DNA from: an uncultured delta proteobacterium
Lineage (GTDB): Bacteria; Desulfobacterota; Binatia; UBA9968
NCBI GenBank assembly: GCA_963816145.1
Contig: CAWFJP010000001.1
Span: forward strand, 320,001 to 384,000
DNA length: 64,000 nt
Direction: 5' to 3'
Shown: positions 20,243 to 29,924 of the stretch, in pieces
Layout of the letters: every line of letters starts with the position of its first letter
Position numbering within the stretch: position 1 is the first letter of the stretch
The notes under the pieces: model-generated
What the model was told of the DNA's origin: nothing
What the model saw: only the letters and a program-made list of their open reading frames with translations
Databases searched by the model: none
Program-made: the position numbers and the translations under genes

Positions 20243-21232
20243 ATGAACATTTCCCGGCGCGGGCTGTTAATTTTTGCTCCGATATTGTTTCTGGTGCTCG
20301 GCCGCGAGCAAGCCCGGGCGCAAAAACAATCGACCAAAATGACCGTGAGCTACAGCGCCGCCGGAGGGCAGTATATCAATTTATTTGTCGCCAAAGAGTT
20401 TGGCATTTTCGCTAAGCATGGCCTTGACGTAAACTTGAATCAGATCAACAGCAGCTCGCAGGCCGTCGCTTCCTTGCGCTCTAAAAGCGTCGACATCGCC
20501 ACGGGGCCTGCCGGAGTCATTTTCGACGCCATTGCCAAAGGTGTCACGGATTTTACAATTTTCGGCGAGTGCATGCCCTACACGGTTTTGGAAATTTGGG
20601 TGCAACCGAATATCAAGAGCGTCAAGGATTTGGTCGGCAAGACGATCAGCTCGACCAACCCGAACTCCCTCGGCGATCTGATGATCGGCGTCTGGCTCGC
20701 CAAGAACGGTATCAAAAAGTCGGACGTCAACGTCGTTTATCTTGGCGGCCTGGGTAATCTCATTAGCGCGATGAAAGCGAATAAGACCGAAGCAACGCTG
20801 ATTCTGCCGCCGCTTGGCGAACAACTGCTTCCTTCCGGCCAAAAGCGCTTCGGCGATTTGCGCGACATCGCTTACTCCAACCAGGGCTGGGTAGCGACCA
20901 AAAGCTACGCGGCCAAAAACGGCGACGCCATGCAGCGCTTCACTGCGGCCGCCACTGAGGGCATTGCTTTCGTCAAACGCAACAAGCAAAAGAGTTTGTC
21001 GGTCCTGCCCAAATACGCTGGCGTGACGAATGAAGAATGGAACGCTTACGCATATGAGTTCTTCGCACCGTTGCTAACGGTTATCCCGCGAGTGACTCCC
21101 GAAGTAGTCAAGGCGACGCAGGAGATTTCGACCGTCGAGGAAACCCGCAAGCTCAATTTGAAGCCGTATATCAATAACAGTTACGTCGATAAGCTGGTCG
21201 CCCAAGGCTTTATCGACAAGTTGTATAAATAG
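20243..21232 (+). CDS. ABC transporter substrate-binding protein, NitT/TauT family
   Basis: Signal peptide; VAKE.G.F.K.GLDV, IKSV.DL.GK.I and N.YVD.L...GFI.KLY; RBS ggagg. Confidence 0.88.
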   Translation: MNISRRGLLIFAPILFLVLGREQARAQKQSTKMTVSYSAAGGQYINLFVAKEFGIFAKHGLDVNLNQINSSSQAVASLRSKSVDIATGPAGVIFDAIAKGVTDFTIFGECMPYTVLEIWVQPNIKSVKDLVGKTISSTNPNSLGDLMIGVWLAKNGIKKSDVNVVYLGGLGNLISAMKANKTEATLILPPLGEQLLPSGQKRFGDLRDIAYSNQGWVATKSYAAKNGDAMQRFTAAATEGIAFVKRNKQKSLSVLPKYAGVTNEEWNAYAYEFFAPLLTVIPRVTPEVVKATQEISTVEETRKLNLKPYINNSYVDKLVAQGFIDKLYK

Positions 21233-21315
21233 ATCGGATCGGATGTGAGCGACGCAAGCGGACATCACCCCACAAGTCAGCTCGTCTCTGTCCCAGCGAC
21301 ACTAGCGACCAACCG

Positions 21316-22086
21316 ATGCTTAACAAAATCACCGCCCGCGATGTCGCTATCGTCTATCGCGGCAAACTCGACCGCGAACCCGTCTTGGCCTGCCACGGTG
21401 TCGACCTCGATGTAGCGGAAGGCTCGTTCGTGACCATCGTCGGGCCCAGCGGCTGCGGCAAAACGACATTTCTTTACGCCGTCGATGGCCTACTACCAGT
21501 GAATGGCGGTGAAATCCGCGTCAATGAAAAGCCGATCAGCGGACCGGGTCGGGACCGCGCGATGGTTTTTCAAAGCGCGTCGCTTTTGCCCTGGCGCACA
21601 GTCTGGTCGAATATTATTTATGGCCTTAAATTGAAGGGTGACTATCATCAGCCCGAGCAAGCGGCCAAGATCGAGAGCTTGATCGATATGGTCGGCCTGC
21701 GCGGTTTTGAAAAACGTTTTCCGTCGGAACTTTCCGGCGGCATGCAGCAACGCGCGAATCTCGCCCGCGCGCTAGCGGTCAACCCGGACATTTTACTGCT
21801 CGATGAACCATTCGCCTCGGTGGACGCGCAGACCCGCGAGAAACTGCAGGTCGACTTGACCGAGATCTGGACGCGCACCCGCAAGACCATGCTGTTTGTC
21901 ACCCATGACATTGCCGAGGCGGTCTTTCTATCCGATCAAGTGATTGTTTTTACCGCCCGTCCCGCGCGCGTATGTGCGATCGTCAAGATCGATATTCCCC
22001 GGCCGCGCTCCCTCGAAACCAAACATAGCGCGCAGCTCCAAGAGTATGTGAAACAAGTTTGGAATTTGATCGAATCCCCGCAATGA
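21316..22086 (+). CDS. ABC transporter ATP-binding protein, NitT/TauT family
   Basis: GPSGCGKT, LSGGMQQR, LLLDEPF, FVTHD. Confidence 0.95.
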   Translation: MLNKITARDVAIVYRGKLDREPVLACHGVDLDVAEGSFVTIVGPSGCGKTTFLYAVDGLLPVNGGEIRVNEKPISGPGRDRAMVFQSASLLPWRTVWSNIIYGLKLKGDYHQPEQAAKIESLIDMVGLRGFEKRFPSELSGGMQQRANLARALAVNPDILLLDEPFASVDAQTREKLQVDLTEIWTRTRKTMLFVTHDIAEAVFLSDQVIVFTARPARVCAIVKIDIPRPRSLETKHSAQLQEYVKQVWNLIESPQ

Positions 22087-22099
22087 TCGGGAGGTTTTC

Positions 22100-22921
22100 A
22101 TGTCGTCAAGTATCGACCACGCCGCGCTAGCGAATTCGGCCAAACCAATTCCAATGGTGCCGCCTGTGGCTTGGACCGAACGTTACTTTCGTCTGCTTTG
22201 GGGCACGGTCGGCATCACCGGCTGCCTGATCGCCTGGCAAATCGGCTCGTCGGCCGGCTTGCTTGACCCGTTGTTTGTCAGCTCGCCAGTGGAAGTTTTA
22301 CGCACGGCGATACGCATTATCCCGTCCGCCGATTTCATCGGTCATGTCAGCAATACCGCGCAAACTCTCTTCATGGGATTAGTCATCGCTATGATCGTCG
22401 GCGTATTCGTCGGTTTACCGATCGGTTGGTTTCCGCGTTTGAACGCGACCTTCGAGCCGGTCATCGCCGCCGTCTATGGCGTTCCTTACATCGCCTTTCT
22501 ACCGGTAATCATCATGTGGACCGGTATCGGCATGCTATCGCGGGTGATCATCGTCTTCTGGTCGGCGGTTTTTCCGCTGATCATCAATTCGATTCAAGGT
22601 GCGCGTGAGGTCGACGACAATTATCTCCGTGTTGGCCAAAGTTTCTCGGCAACCAATTTGCAGATGTTCTTTACCATCACGTTGCCGTCCGCGGTTCCCT
22701 ATATTCTTGCCGGCCTGCGCACCAGCATCGGCCGCGCCATCGTCGGAGTTGTCGTCGCCGAGTTTTTCATGTCATCGAAAGGGTTGGGCTATTTCATCAA
22801 TCTCAAGGCCAACGCGCTGGAAATGGCGCCGGCGTTTGTCGCCATCGTGCTGCTCGCGCTTTTTGGCATCGCGCTGACCAGCATTGTCACCTACATAGAA
22901 AACCGTTTCTGCAACTGGTAG
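22100..22921 (+). CDS. ABC transporter permease, NitT/TauT family
   Basis: Hydrophobic; P.IAFLP.II.W.GIG, LPSA.PYILAGLR, VVAE and GLGY. Confidence 0.93.
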   Translation: MSSSIDHAALANSAKPIPMVPPVAWTERYFRLLWGTVGITGCLIAWQIGSSAGLLDPLFVSSPVEVLRTAIRIIPSADFIGHVSNTAQTLFMGLVIAMIVGVFVGLPIGWFPRLNATFEPVIAAVYGVPYIAFLPVIIMWTGIGMLSRVIIVFWSAVFPLIINSIQGAREVDDNYLRVGQSFSATNLQMFFTITLPSAVPYILAGLRTSIGRAIVGVVVAEFFMSSKGLGYFINLKANALEMAPAFVAIVLLALFGIALTSIVTYIENRFCNW

Positions 22922-23006
22922 AAAAATAGAATCAATCGCCTAGCCCTTACTTTCTGTCCCCTTTCCCAGAGGGTGAGGACCCGAGCGAATCGGAGTGTAG
23001 CCATCC

Positions 23007-24464
23007 ATGACCGAAGTCTATTTCCAAGACACCACCATCCGCGACGGCGCCCAGAGCCTATGGGCCTATAACATCCGCACCGGGATGATCGCGCCGATCT
23101 GCAGCCAACTCGATGACGCCGGCTTCGAAGCTATCGAGCTCGGCGGTCCCATCGAACTGCCCAAGTGCGTCAAAGAATTGCGTGAGGATCCTTGGGAGCG
23201 CTACAAATTAATTATCCCGAAGTTCAAACGCACACCGCTCCGTCTGGTACACGGCTCGCGCAGCGGCTTCGCCATTTATCCCGACGCGCTGCATCAACTC
23301 TTCGACACCTGCATGGCCAATGTCGGCGTCAGTGAAGTGCGCATTTCCGACTCGTGGAACGATGCGGCGGATTGGGCCTGGCGGGTCAAGCAAGCCAAGA
23401 ACGCCGGATTGAAACCGATCATCAATCTGATCTACACCGTGTCGCCGCGCCACACCGACGAGTATTACGCGGCGAAAATTCGCGCAGCGAAAGCCCTCGA
23501 TGTCTACCGCGTCATTTTCAAAGACCCAGGCGGGATACTGACGCCCGAGCGCACCAAGACCGCGGTGCCGGCGATTCTGCAAGCCGCCGGCGACTTGACT
23601 GTCGAGCTGCACACGCACTGCACCACCGGCCTGGGCACGCTCTGCGCCCTGGAAGCGATTAAAGCCGGCATGGTCCACATCAACACGGCGATTCCACCAT
23701 TGGCCGACGGCTCGGGAAATCCGTCTTTGTTTAACGTCGCCATGAACGCCCGCGCCCTGGGCTATCGAACGGTGGTGAACGAAACGCCGCTGCGCGAGGC
23801 ATCCAAGTTTCTCACCGCCTGCGCGCGCCAGGAGAATCTTGCCATCGGCAAAACGCCCGAATACGACTACGCCCAATATGTCCATCAAATTCCTGGCGGG
23901 ATGATTTCCAACCTGCGTCATCAACTGCAACGGGTCGGCATAGAGAACAAAATCGACCACACGCTCGAAGAAGCGGCGCAAGTGCGCGCTGATTTCGGCT
24001 ATCCCATCATGGTTACGCCGCTGTCACAGTTCGTCGGCAGCCAAGCCGCGATCAATGTCATCGTCGGCGAGCGCTACAAACAGGTCACTGATCAGACTAT
24101 CGAGTACGCCATGGGTATCTGGGGCAAAGAGGGCGCCGAATTGATGGACAAGGACGTCAAAGATAAAATTTTGAATCGCCCGCGCGCCAAAGAGATCGCC
24201 GGCCGGCCTTATCCGACCGACACGCTTGAAGAGTTGCGCAAAAAATACGGCGGCAAGAACGACGAAGAACTCTTGCTGCGCTTCTTTTCCAGCAAAGACG
24301 ACGTCGACCGAATGTACGCCGCCGGCCCGGCGCGGAGCTATTCGAGCGCCGGTAATCCGCTGGTCAATCTCATCGGCGAGTTGTCGAAACAAAAAGACCG
24401 CAGTAGCGTATTTGTTCAACGCCCCGGCTTCACGCTGCGCATGCAACGCCGCAGCGCCGTCTGA
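23007..24464 (+). CDS. Pyruvate carboxylase subunit B / oxaloacetate decarboxylase alpha-like carboxyltransferase without a biotin-carrier domain
   Basis: DTTIRDGAQSL, EDPWER, KDPGG, HTH, HQIPGGMISN, GYPIMVTPLSQ.VG.QA; no AMKM motif. Confidence 0.88.
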   Translation: MTEVYFQDTTIRDGAQSLWAYNIRTGMIAPICSQLDDAGFEAIELGGPIELPKCVKELREDPWERYKLIIPKFKRTPLRLVHGSRSGFAIYPDALHQLFDTCMANVGVSEVRISDSWNDAADWAWRVKQAKNAGLKPIINLIYTVSPRHTDEYYAAKIRAAKALDVYRVIFKDPGGILTPERTKTAVPAILQAAGDLTVELHTHCTTGLGTLCALEAIKAGMVHINTAIPPLADGSGNPSLFNVAMNARALGYRTVVNETPLREASKFLTACARQENLAIGKTPEYDYAQYVHQIPGGMISNLRHQLQRVGIENKIDHTLEEAAQVRADFGYPIMVTPLSQFVGSQAAINVIVGERYKQVTDQTIEYAMGIWGKEGAELMDKDVKDKILNRPRAKEIAGRPYPTDTLEELRKKYGGKNDEELLLRFFSSKDDVDRMYAAGPARSYSSAGNPLVNLIGELSKQKDRSSVFVQRPGFTLRMQRRSAV

Positions 24465-24472
24465 TCGAAACA

Positions 24473-24565
24473 ACTGGAACCATTGGAACGACTGGAACGA
24501 TTGAAACCCGCTCCGACGCGTTGAACGGAGCGAAGCGATTGAACCATTTGAACCGCTTGAACGCG
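24473..24565. repeat. 9-mer tggaacga/ttgaacc tandem repeat
   Basis: ctggaaccattggaacgactggaacgattgaaac ... ttgaaccatttgaaccgcttgaac. Confidence 0.7.
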
Positions 24566-24587
24566 CTCAATTTTTGAGAGGTAACCC

Positions 24588-25118
24588 ATGGCACGCGTAT
24601 CGTTAATCGGCGAGACCGATCACCCCGAGCTCGCCGACACCATCGCCAAAATCAAAGGCGCCCGGGGCGGCAGATTGATCAACGTCTATCGTTTGATGCT
24701 GCACAGCCCGACGCTGGCCGACGCTTGGTTCGAGTTCAATCAAGCAGTGCGCTACGGCACCGAGATCGACGGCCAATGCCGTGAGATCGCGGTGATTCGC
24801 GTGGCGATCTTGAACAACGTCGAGTACGTCCAACGCGCCCATGGGCCGTCATACGCGCTGAAGGAAGGTTTGACACCTGAGCAAGTGGCCGCCATCGCCG
24901 ACTGGCAACCTTCGAAACTTTTCAACGACAAGCAGCGCACCTTGCTGGCCTACACCGATGCAATGACGCGACAAATCGACGTAGCGGACGGTTTGTTTAC
25001 CGAAGTGCGCAAATACTTCAGCGAACGCCAAACCGTCGAACTGACCATGCTCATCGGCACCTACAACATGTTCACAAGAGTTTTGCAGGCACTCAAAATC
25101 GACCCGGAACCTGCTTAA
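24588..25118 (+). CDS. Carboxymuconolactone decarboxylase/AhpD-like family protein
   Basis: N.YR.MLHSP, REI...RVA.LN..EY...H and VELT..IG.YNM..R. Confidence 0.88.
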   Translation: MARVSLIGETDHPELADTIAKIKGARGGRLINVYRLMLHSPTLADAWFEFNQAVRYGTEIDGQCREIAVIRVAILNNVEYVQRAHGPSYALKEGLTPEQVAAIADWQPSKLFNDKQRTLLAYTDAMTRQIDVADGLFTEVRKYFSERQTVELTMLIGTYNMFTRVLQALKIDPEPA

Positions 25119-25120
25119 TT

Positions 25121-25182
25121 TCCCTCTCCCATCGGGAGAGGGCTAGGGTGAGGGCCACGGGCGACCGGCCGGTCGCCCCTAC
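25121..25182. repeat. ccctctccc-type palindromic repeat followed by a GTAG-type REP
   Basis: ccctctcccatcgggagagggctagggtgaggg, then gggcgaccggccggtcgcccctac (reverse complement starts GTAG). A second GTAG-type REP lies at 46972-46996. Confidence 0.7.
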
Positions 25183-25229
25183 TTCAATTCGCTCATGGTA
25201 GTACGAAAACAGATGCAGGCACCGCAATT

Positions 25230-26318
25230 ATGACACAACCTCGTTACAAACTCGTCGTCGAAAACGACACCTTTCTGCGCTTGATCAATGTCGTCCTCGA
25301 CCCGTCGGCATCGCCAGAGCGCATCGAGGCGTTTGCGCATTTCTGCCTGCACGATCTGCCCGACTTCCGCGCTTGGTGCGACAAGATCCGCGCGCAGGCC
25401 GCCAATCTTTATCCTTCGGAGGTTCGCCTGGTCGACAGCCAGGAAGAGCTATTGGCGAATCTCCCCGGGTCCAGTGTAGCGGTTGTCGAAGAACTTACTT
25501 TCGGGCCAGAAGAAGTTGCCGCCGCAGGCACGAACCTTAAATTCGTTCAGAAGTACGGCTTCACCACGCGCAACATTGACCAAGAGGCTTGTGCAAAAAA
25601 TCACGCGAAGGTCTTGACGATCAGACGCCGGGCGAATATTTCAACGGCGGAACAGGCCTTGATGCTCATGCTCGCCCTGGCGCGCCAAGTGACGCAAAAC
25701 GCCAATCTAATCAGCGTCGAACAACTCAAAGCCGCCGGCTATCAGCCAACGACGTACAATCGCAAACACACGCCCAACGGCAACTGGGCGCGCATTCCCG
25801 GCATGGTCACGCTCTACCAACGCCAGCTCGGCATCGTCGGCTTGGGTGAGATCGGTAGAGAACTGGCGCTGCGCGCCACCGCCCTCGGCATGCGCATCGT
25901 CTACCACCAACGCACGCGTTTGCCTGTGGAAGTGGAGCAACAGTATCAGGCGATTTACTTGTCCTTGCACGAGCTGCTCGCCACTTCGGACTTCGTCAGC
26001 CTGCACCTGCCGCGCAGCCCGACGACCGTGGGCTTCATCGGCGCGCCGCAACTCGCGGTGATAAAACCGGGCGCGTTTTTAATCAACGTATCGCAACCCA
26101 ACCTGGTCGAACGCCATGCTTTGCGGCACGCCCTGGAATCGAATCGTTTAGCCGGCTTCGGTCTCGACACTTTCTACGAAGAACCCGGCGACGTCGACGA
26201 TCCGCTGATCAAGTTCCGTAACGTCATCGTCACCCCGCACATGGGCGGCTCACCGCGCTGGAATTCGCTGGACGATATCGAAGAAGTAATCGTCAACCTC
26301 GGCCGCTTGCTGGCGTGA
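25230..26318 (+). CDS. D-isomer specific 2-hydroxyacid dehydrogenase-like NAD-binding protein
   Basis: LGIVGLGEIG, SDFVSLHLP, KPGA.LIN, LD.F.EEP, TPHMGG. Confidence 0.88.
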   Translation: MTQPRYKLVVENDTFLRLINVVLDPSASPERIEAFAHFCLHDLPDFRAWCDKIRAQAANLYPSEVRLVDSQEELLANLPGSSVAVVEELTFGPEEVAAAGTNLKFVQKYGFTTRNIDQEACAKNHAKVLTIRRRANISTAEQALMLMLALARQVTQNANLISVEQLKAAGYQPTTYNRKHTPNGNWARIPGMVTLYQRQLGIVGLGEIGRELALRATALGMRIVYHQRTRLPVEVEQQYQAIYLSLHELLATSDFVSLHLPRSPTTVGFIGAPQLAVIKPGAFLINVSQPNLVERHALRHALESNRLAGFGLDTFYEEPGDVDDPLIKFRNVIVTPHMGGSPRWNSLDDIEEVIVNLGRLLA

Positions 26319-26331
26319 TCAAGCTGCAAAA

Positions 26332-27111
26332 TTAAGTTTTTCCCGGTGCCGCCGACGCGGTTGCCCGCTCGCCAAGGATGATAGCGAGGGCAATGCGCAG
26401 CTCCTCCGGCGCTGAGGTTTGCGCGCTAGATGTTGACGGAAACGGTCCGAGATAGCACAGCGTGTACTCGAAATGGGTTTGATCGTCCACCGGCACATGC
26501 CAGCGTAAGCAGTTCTCCTCTGCCGCGGATTCGCCCCGAGATACCACAAGATTAGGGATGAAGAACCTGTCACGATGGGGGAGCTGTTCGTCAACGTTGA
26601 CGATCCCATGGAAGTAATTTGCTTTGCGCTCGAGTCTTTTTACAGGGGAGCTCGTCATCGGCTCAGCGCCAAGCTGGCGCAGCGGCAGCACCGGCGGCTC
26701 GCCCGGTCCCATGTAAGCAAAAATAATCCCGGCGGCTTCAATGCACGGATAGGCCGGCTGGCCGACATCCCAGCGACGTTCCTTTTCCGGCAGCCATTCG
26801 CCGCGCAAGACCACCTTGCCGCAGTTATCAAACAACCAGCCATGGTACATGCAGCGCAGCCCATCCGGTTCGACGCGGCCGTAGATCATGTCGACACCCT
26901 GGTGCGCGCAATAACGGCCGATCAGCGCCGGCTTGCCATCGCCATCGCGAAACAGCACCAACTCTTCGCCGAACATTTGTACCGGCAACGGCTTGTCCGC
27001 CGCCAACTCTTCCGACAACCCCGCCGGCTGCCAATAGCGCCGCATCAACTCGCCGCAAGGAGTCCCCTTTCCGGTCTGCGTCAACAATTCGTTTTCTTCG
27101 TGCGTGATCAT
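26332..27111 (-). CDS. Rieske [2Fe-2S] protein (phthalate-dioxygenase-like N-terminus), shortened and lacking the mononuclear iron motif
   Basis: GTPCGELMRRYWQP, CAH...CMYHGW, FAYMGP and WHVPVDD; no DxxHxxxxH; only 259 aa. Confidence 0.75.
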   Translation of the reverse strand: MITHEENELLTQTGKGTPCGELMRRYWQPAGLSEELAADKPLPVQMFGEELVLFRDGDGKPALIGRYCAHQGVDMIYGRVEPDGLRCMYHGWLFDNCGKVVLRGEWLPEKERRWDVGQPAYPCIEAAGIIFAYMGPGEPPVLPLRQLGAEPMTSSPVKRLERKANYFHGIVNVDEQLPHRDRFFIPNLVVSRGESAAEENCLRWHVPVDDQTHFEYTLCYLGPFPSTSSAQTSAPEELRIALAIILGERATASAAPGKT

Positions 27112-27223
27112 CGTCAGGTTCTCAGTTAAATGACAATTGTCATTCACCACGAGGTGTCCATGAGCTTACGCTCGTCTACAGATTATGAAACTGCAGGCCC
27201 CTCCACATGGTTTTCCCCTGATT

Positions 27224-27292
27224 CGTCATGCCGGCGAAGGCCGGCATCCAGGGGTGGGAGGGGGATGGATACCGGCTTTCGCCGGTATGACG
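27224..27292. repeat. REP-like doublet cgtcatgccggcgaaggccggcatcca...tggataccggctttcgccggtatgacg
   Basis: Inverted pair of hairpins; a near copy with the arms swapped lies at 45736-45816. Confidence 0.78.
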
Positions 27293-27527
27293 GAGGCCAC
27301 GTGCTAATTCGTTGTCCGGATCGTACTTGCATATGGATTTTCTAAGGAAGACACGAAGAGCACGAAGTTCGGAGATAATTAATCCGAAACCTTCGTGTCC
27401 TTCGTGATCTTCGTGGTGAAAATCTCCCTTCCGATTATTATACCGCATGCGCCGCTAGCCCCTAAGTCTTCGGCCCAAAACGATTGAAACAGTTGGAACC
27501 ATTGGAACGACTGGAACCTATGCGATG

Positions 27528-28649
27528 TTATTTTAGTAAGATTTCCGCCAACTTCGCTCCCGGCAGCCATGAATTGTTGCATTTGTCTTCGGTGAAATTC
27601 TGCACGCGGCGAAACTCTTCCACGGTCAAAACATCCTTTGCCGCTTGCCCGTCCAGCCCCTTGGCGTCGACGTCCAACCGGCGCGACGGCTGCTGCGCAG
27701 TTCGATTGTGCAACTCTTGCCCTTCGCGGCTGAGCAGCCAGTTGAAAAACACTTTGGCGGCGTTCGGGTGCGGCGCGCCTTTGACGATGCCGAGGATGCC
27801 GTTGCCGCCGCTGACATAGGTGCCTTCTTTTAACGTCGGTAGATGCTTGACCGGCAGGTTGGCGTCGAGAAACGCGTCGAAATCGCGATAGCCCACGCCG
27901 ATGGTCATCGCCAAGTTGCCCTTCGCCAAAGCGTCGGCAATCTGGCGCGCGTTGCGGCTGACGAACATCTCCTGCTGCGCCAACTTGCGCACGTAGTCTT
28001 CGCCCTTGGTGTCGAGGAGAAACGCCCACATCGCCAGACCGCCGCCCGGCACCCGCGGATCGCGTAGGCCGATTTTGCCTTTCCATTTGGCATCGAGCAG
28101 ATCGTTGTAACTGCGCACATCCTGGGGCTTGACCAGATTGGTGTTGTAGTAAATCGACGGCGTCATCTGCGCGACGAAGCTATAGAGGAGATTATTGCCG
28201 CTCTGGTTGTCGGCCCACAGATGGCCGCCAAACCACCTGGCCGGGTCTTTGACCTCGGGCAGGATCATCGCCGGCGCCAGCGGTTCATAGACATCGGACT
28301 TGAGCAATGAGTTGCCGGTGCACGGTCCAATCAGAAATGCGTCGACGGTGACGGCGCCGGCCTGTTTCTCCGCGACAATTTTACTCATCAAGCTCGGGCC
28401 GGGCGCTTGAACGAATTCGCTGTCGAGATCGAATCGCTTTTTCAGCGCCGCCTGGGCTGCGACTCTGAAATCGCTCCCCGGCGGCGCGCCGATGACCACC
28501 TTGCCTTCCTTTTTTGCCGCCGCGACCAAGCGCTGCCAATCGGCGTTGACCTCGGCAGCATTACTTTGCGGCGCGGCGCTTAACTGAACTAAGACAATAA
28601 TTAGAAACATTCTCCAACGGATCATGGCGCTGACCTTTCTCGATGACAT
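27528..28649 (-). CDS. ABC extracellular solute-binding protein (Fe3+/thiamine-type fold)
   Basis: AAAKKEGKVV, YNT.LV, DLLD.KWKGKI and APHPNAAKVF.NWLLSREGQ; TAATG coupling to the upstream gene (the true start may be a few codons downstream). Confidence 0.88.
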   Translation of the reverse strand: MSSRKVSAMIRWRMFLIIVLVQLSAAPQSNAAEVNADWQRLVAAAKKEGKVVIGAPPGSDFRVAAQAALKKRFDLDSEFVQAPGPSLMSKIVAEKQAGAVTVDAFLIGPCTGNSLLKSDVYEPLAPAMILPEVKDPARWFGGHLWADNQSGNNLLYSFVAQMTPSIYYNTNLVKPQDVRSYNDLLDAKWKGKIGLRDPRVPGGGLAMWAFLLDTKGEDYVRKLAQQEMFVSRNARQIADALAKGNLAMTIGVGYRDFDAFLDANLPVKHLPTLKEGTYVSGGNGILGIVKGAPHPNAAKVFFNWLLSREGQELHNRTAQQPSRRLDVDAKGLDGQAAKDVLTVEEFRRVQNFTEDKCNNSWLPGAKLAEILLK

Positions 28650-29641
28650 TAGCTATCTGGGTAAAGCTCCTTGTAGTTCGCCATGCCGATCGGCCGCTGG
28701 CGATGCTCGATTTCTAAATACACTTTCAGTGTCGCGCGGCACAGCGGCGTCGCGACGTTCAGCCGCTCGCCCTCGCGAATGACCGCGCCGATGATGCCAT
28801 CGACTTCGGTTTTTTCGCCCCGTTTCAAGCCGCCGCCGGTTTCCTTCTCATCTTTCCAGGTGCGCGCCATCTCCTCGACCGTTGCCATTCTTTGCTCCAG
28901 GGACCGGCTCGAGTGGAAATCGTTGGGATCGTACTCGGCGAGTTTTTCCAGCCGGGCACCCGCCGCTTCGCCGACTTTGACGACCTCAGTGATGAAATCA
29001 GCGAACAAGCGGCGATTCGCCTCGCTCTGCCAGATCGCCGGCATCTTAGCGTCGGCGATCCAGCTGAGCATGCGCATGCTGGTAAACGTGAGCTTGCTCC
29101 ACATCACCCCGTACATGTTGTCGGCGATTTTCGTCGGCATGACCGGATCGAGCATGCCGTGCAGCGCTTCGAGCTGGGGTGTGCGTTGTCCGTGAATATG
29201 ACCGATGTATAGATAGCCATTTTGGTAGGTCCGCACATGGCCGGGCGCGATCTTGATGCTGCGCATGCGCACCACCGCGCCCACCGCGCGGTCGGCGCCG
29301 ACGCACTCGGCGACCAGCGGCAGATTCATGCCGTTTTGCAACGACACCACGACCGCATCTTCGGTCATATGATTCGCCATCGCAGCCAAAACATCCTGGG
29401 TTCCCTCTGACCTCACCGCGATCAGCACCAGGTCATACTTTCCCGACAGCTCGCTCGGAAAAAGAATCCGGGGTTTCACCGTAAACGAGTCGCCTGGCAA
29501 ATCGACGCGCAAACCGGCGCCCCGCACAGCCTCTACATGCTCACGGTCGACATCGCAAAACGTCAGATCGTGACCGGCACGCACCAGCCGCCCGCCGATG
29601 ATGCCACCGACCTGACCGGCGCCTACCAAAATCATTCGCAT
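28649..29641 (-). CDS. Ketopantoate reductase (PanE/ApbA)-family protein
   Basis: VGAGQVGG, SLQNG, W.KL and TEVD...G motifs. Confidence 0.85.
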   Translation of the reverse strand: MRMILVGAGQVGGIIGGRLVRAGHDLTFCDVDREHVEAVRGAGLRVDLPGDSFTVKPRILFPSELSGKYDLVLIAVRSEGTQDVLAAMANHMTEDAVVVSLQNGMNLPLVAECVGADRAVGAVVRMRSIKIAPGHVRTYQNGYLYIGHIHGQRTPQLEALHGMLDPVMPTKIADNMYGVMWSKLTFTSMRMLSWIADAKMPAIWQSEANRRLFADFITEVVKVGEAAGARLEKLAEYDPNDFHSSRSLEQRMATVEEMARTWKDEKETGGGLKRGEKTEVDGIIGAVIREGERLNVATPLCRATLKVYLEIEHRQRPIGMANYKELYPDS

Positions 29642-29732
29642 ACAATGAGCATCACTTTTCGGCTGCGATCATAATCGCGATTGAGTCGCAATGGCAACTC
29701 CCCGGGATTGCGAACATTGTGCAGCGCCGAAT

Positions 29733-29799
29733 AGATTTCTCGCTCCGCTCGAAATGACAAATTATCACCGGCTGTCATCCCGAACGAAGAGAGGGATCT
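29733..29799. repeat. REP-like doublet agatttctcgctccgctcgaaatgaca...tgtcatcccgaacgaagagagggatct
   Basis: The same family occurs at 38781-38877 and inside the MITEs at 39965, 52687 and 53875. Confidence 0.75.
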
Positions 29800-29924
29800 C
29801 TCCGAACTGCACCACCTTCCAGATTGCAGTGCATTTCACCAGGCGATATATTCCGCGCAATCACAAATGCCCCCGCCGATCCCCCTCGCCCTTTGGGAGA
29901 GGGCGAGGGCCACAGGAGAGGCCT

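Noticed and set aside
24473-24565. Repeats resembling a CRISPR array or WND-repeat peptides (also at 9704, 42410, 48684, 59016 and 60170)
   Set aside because: The units are 9-bp tandem repeats with no unique spacers and no cas genes; the WNDWND translations are by-products of the DNA repeat.
29691-29924. N-terminal extension of the SBP ORF
   Set aside because: It is read-through of two intergenic repeat elements; the RBS and signal peptide point to TTG at 29925.
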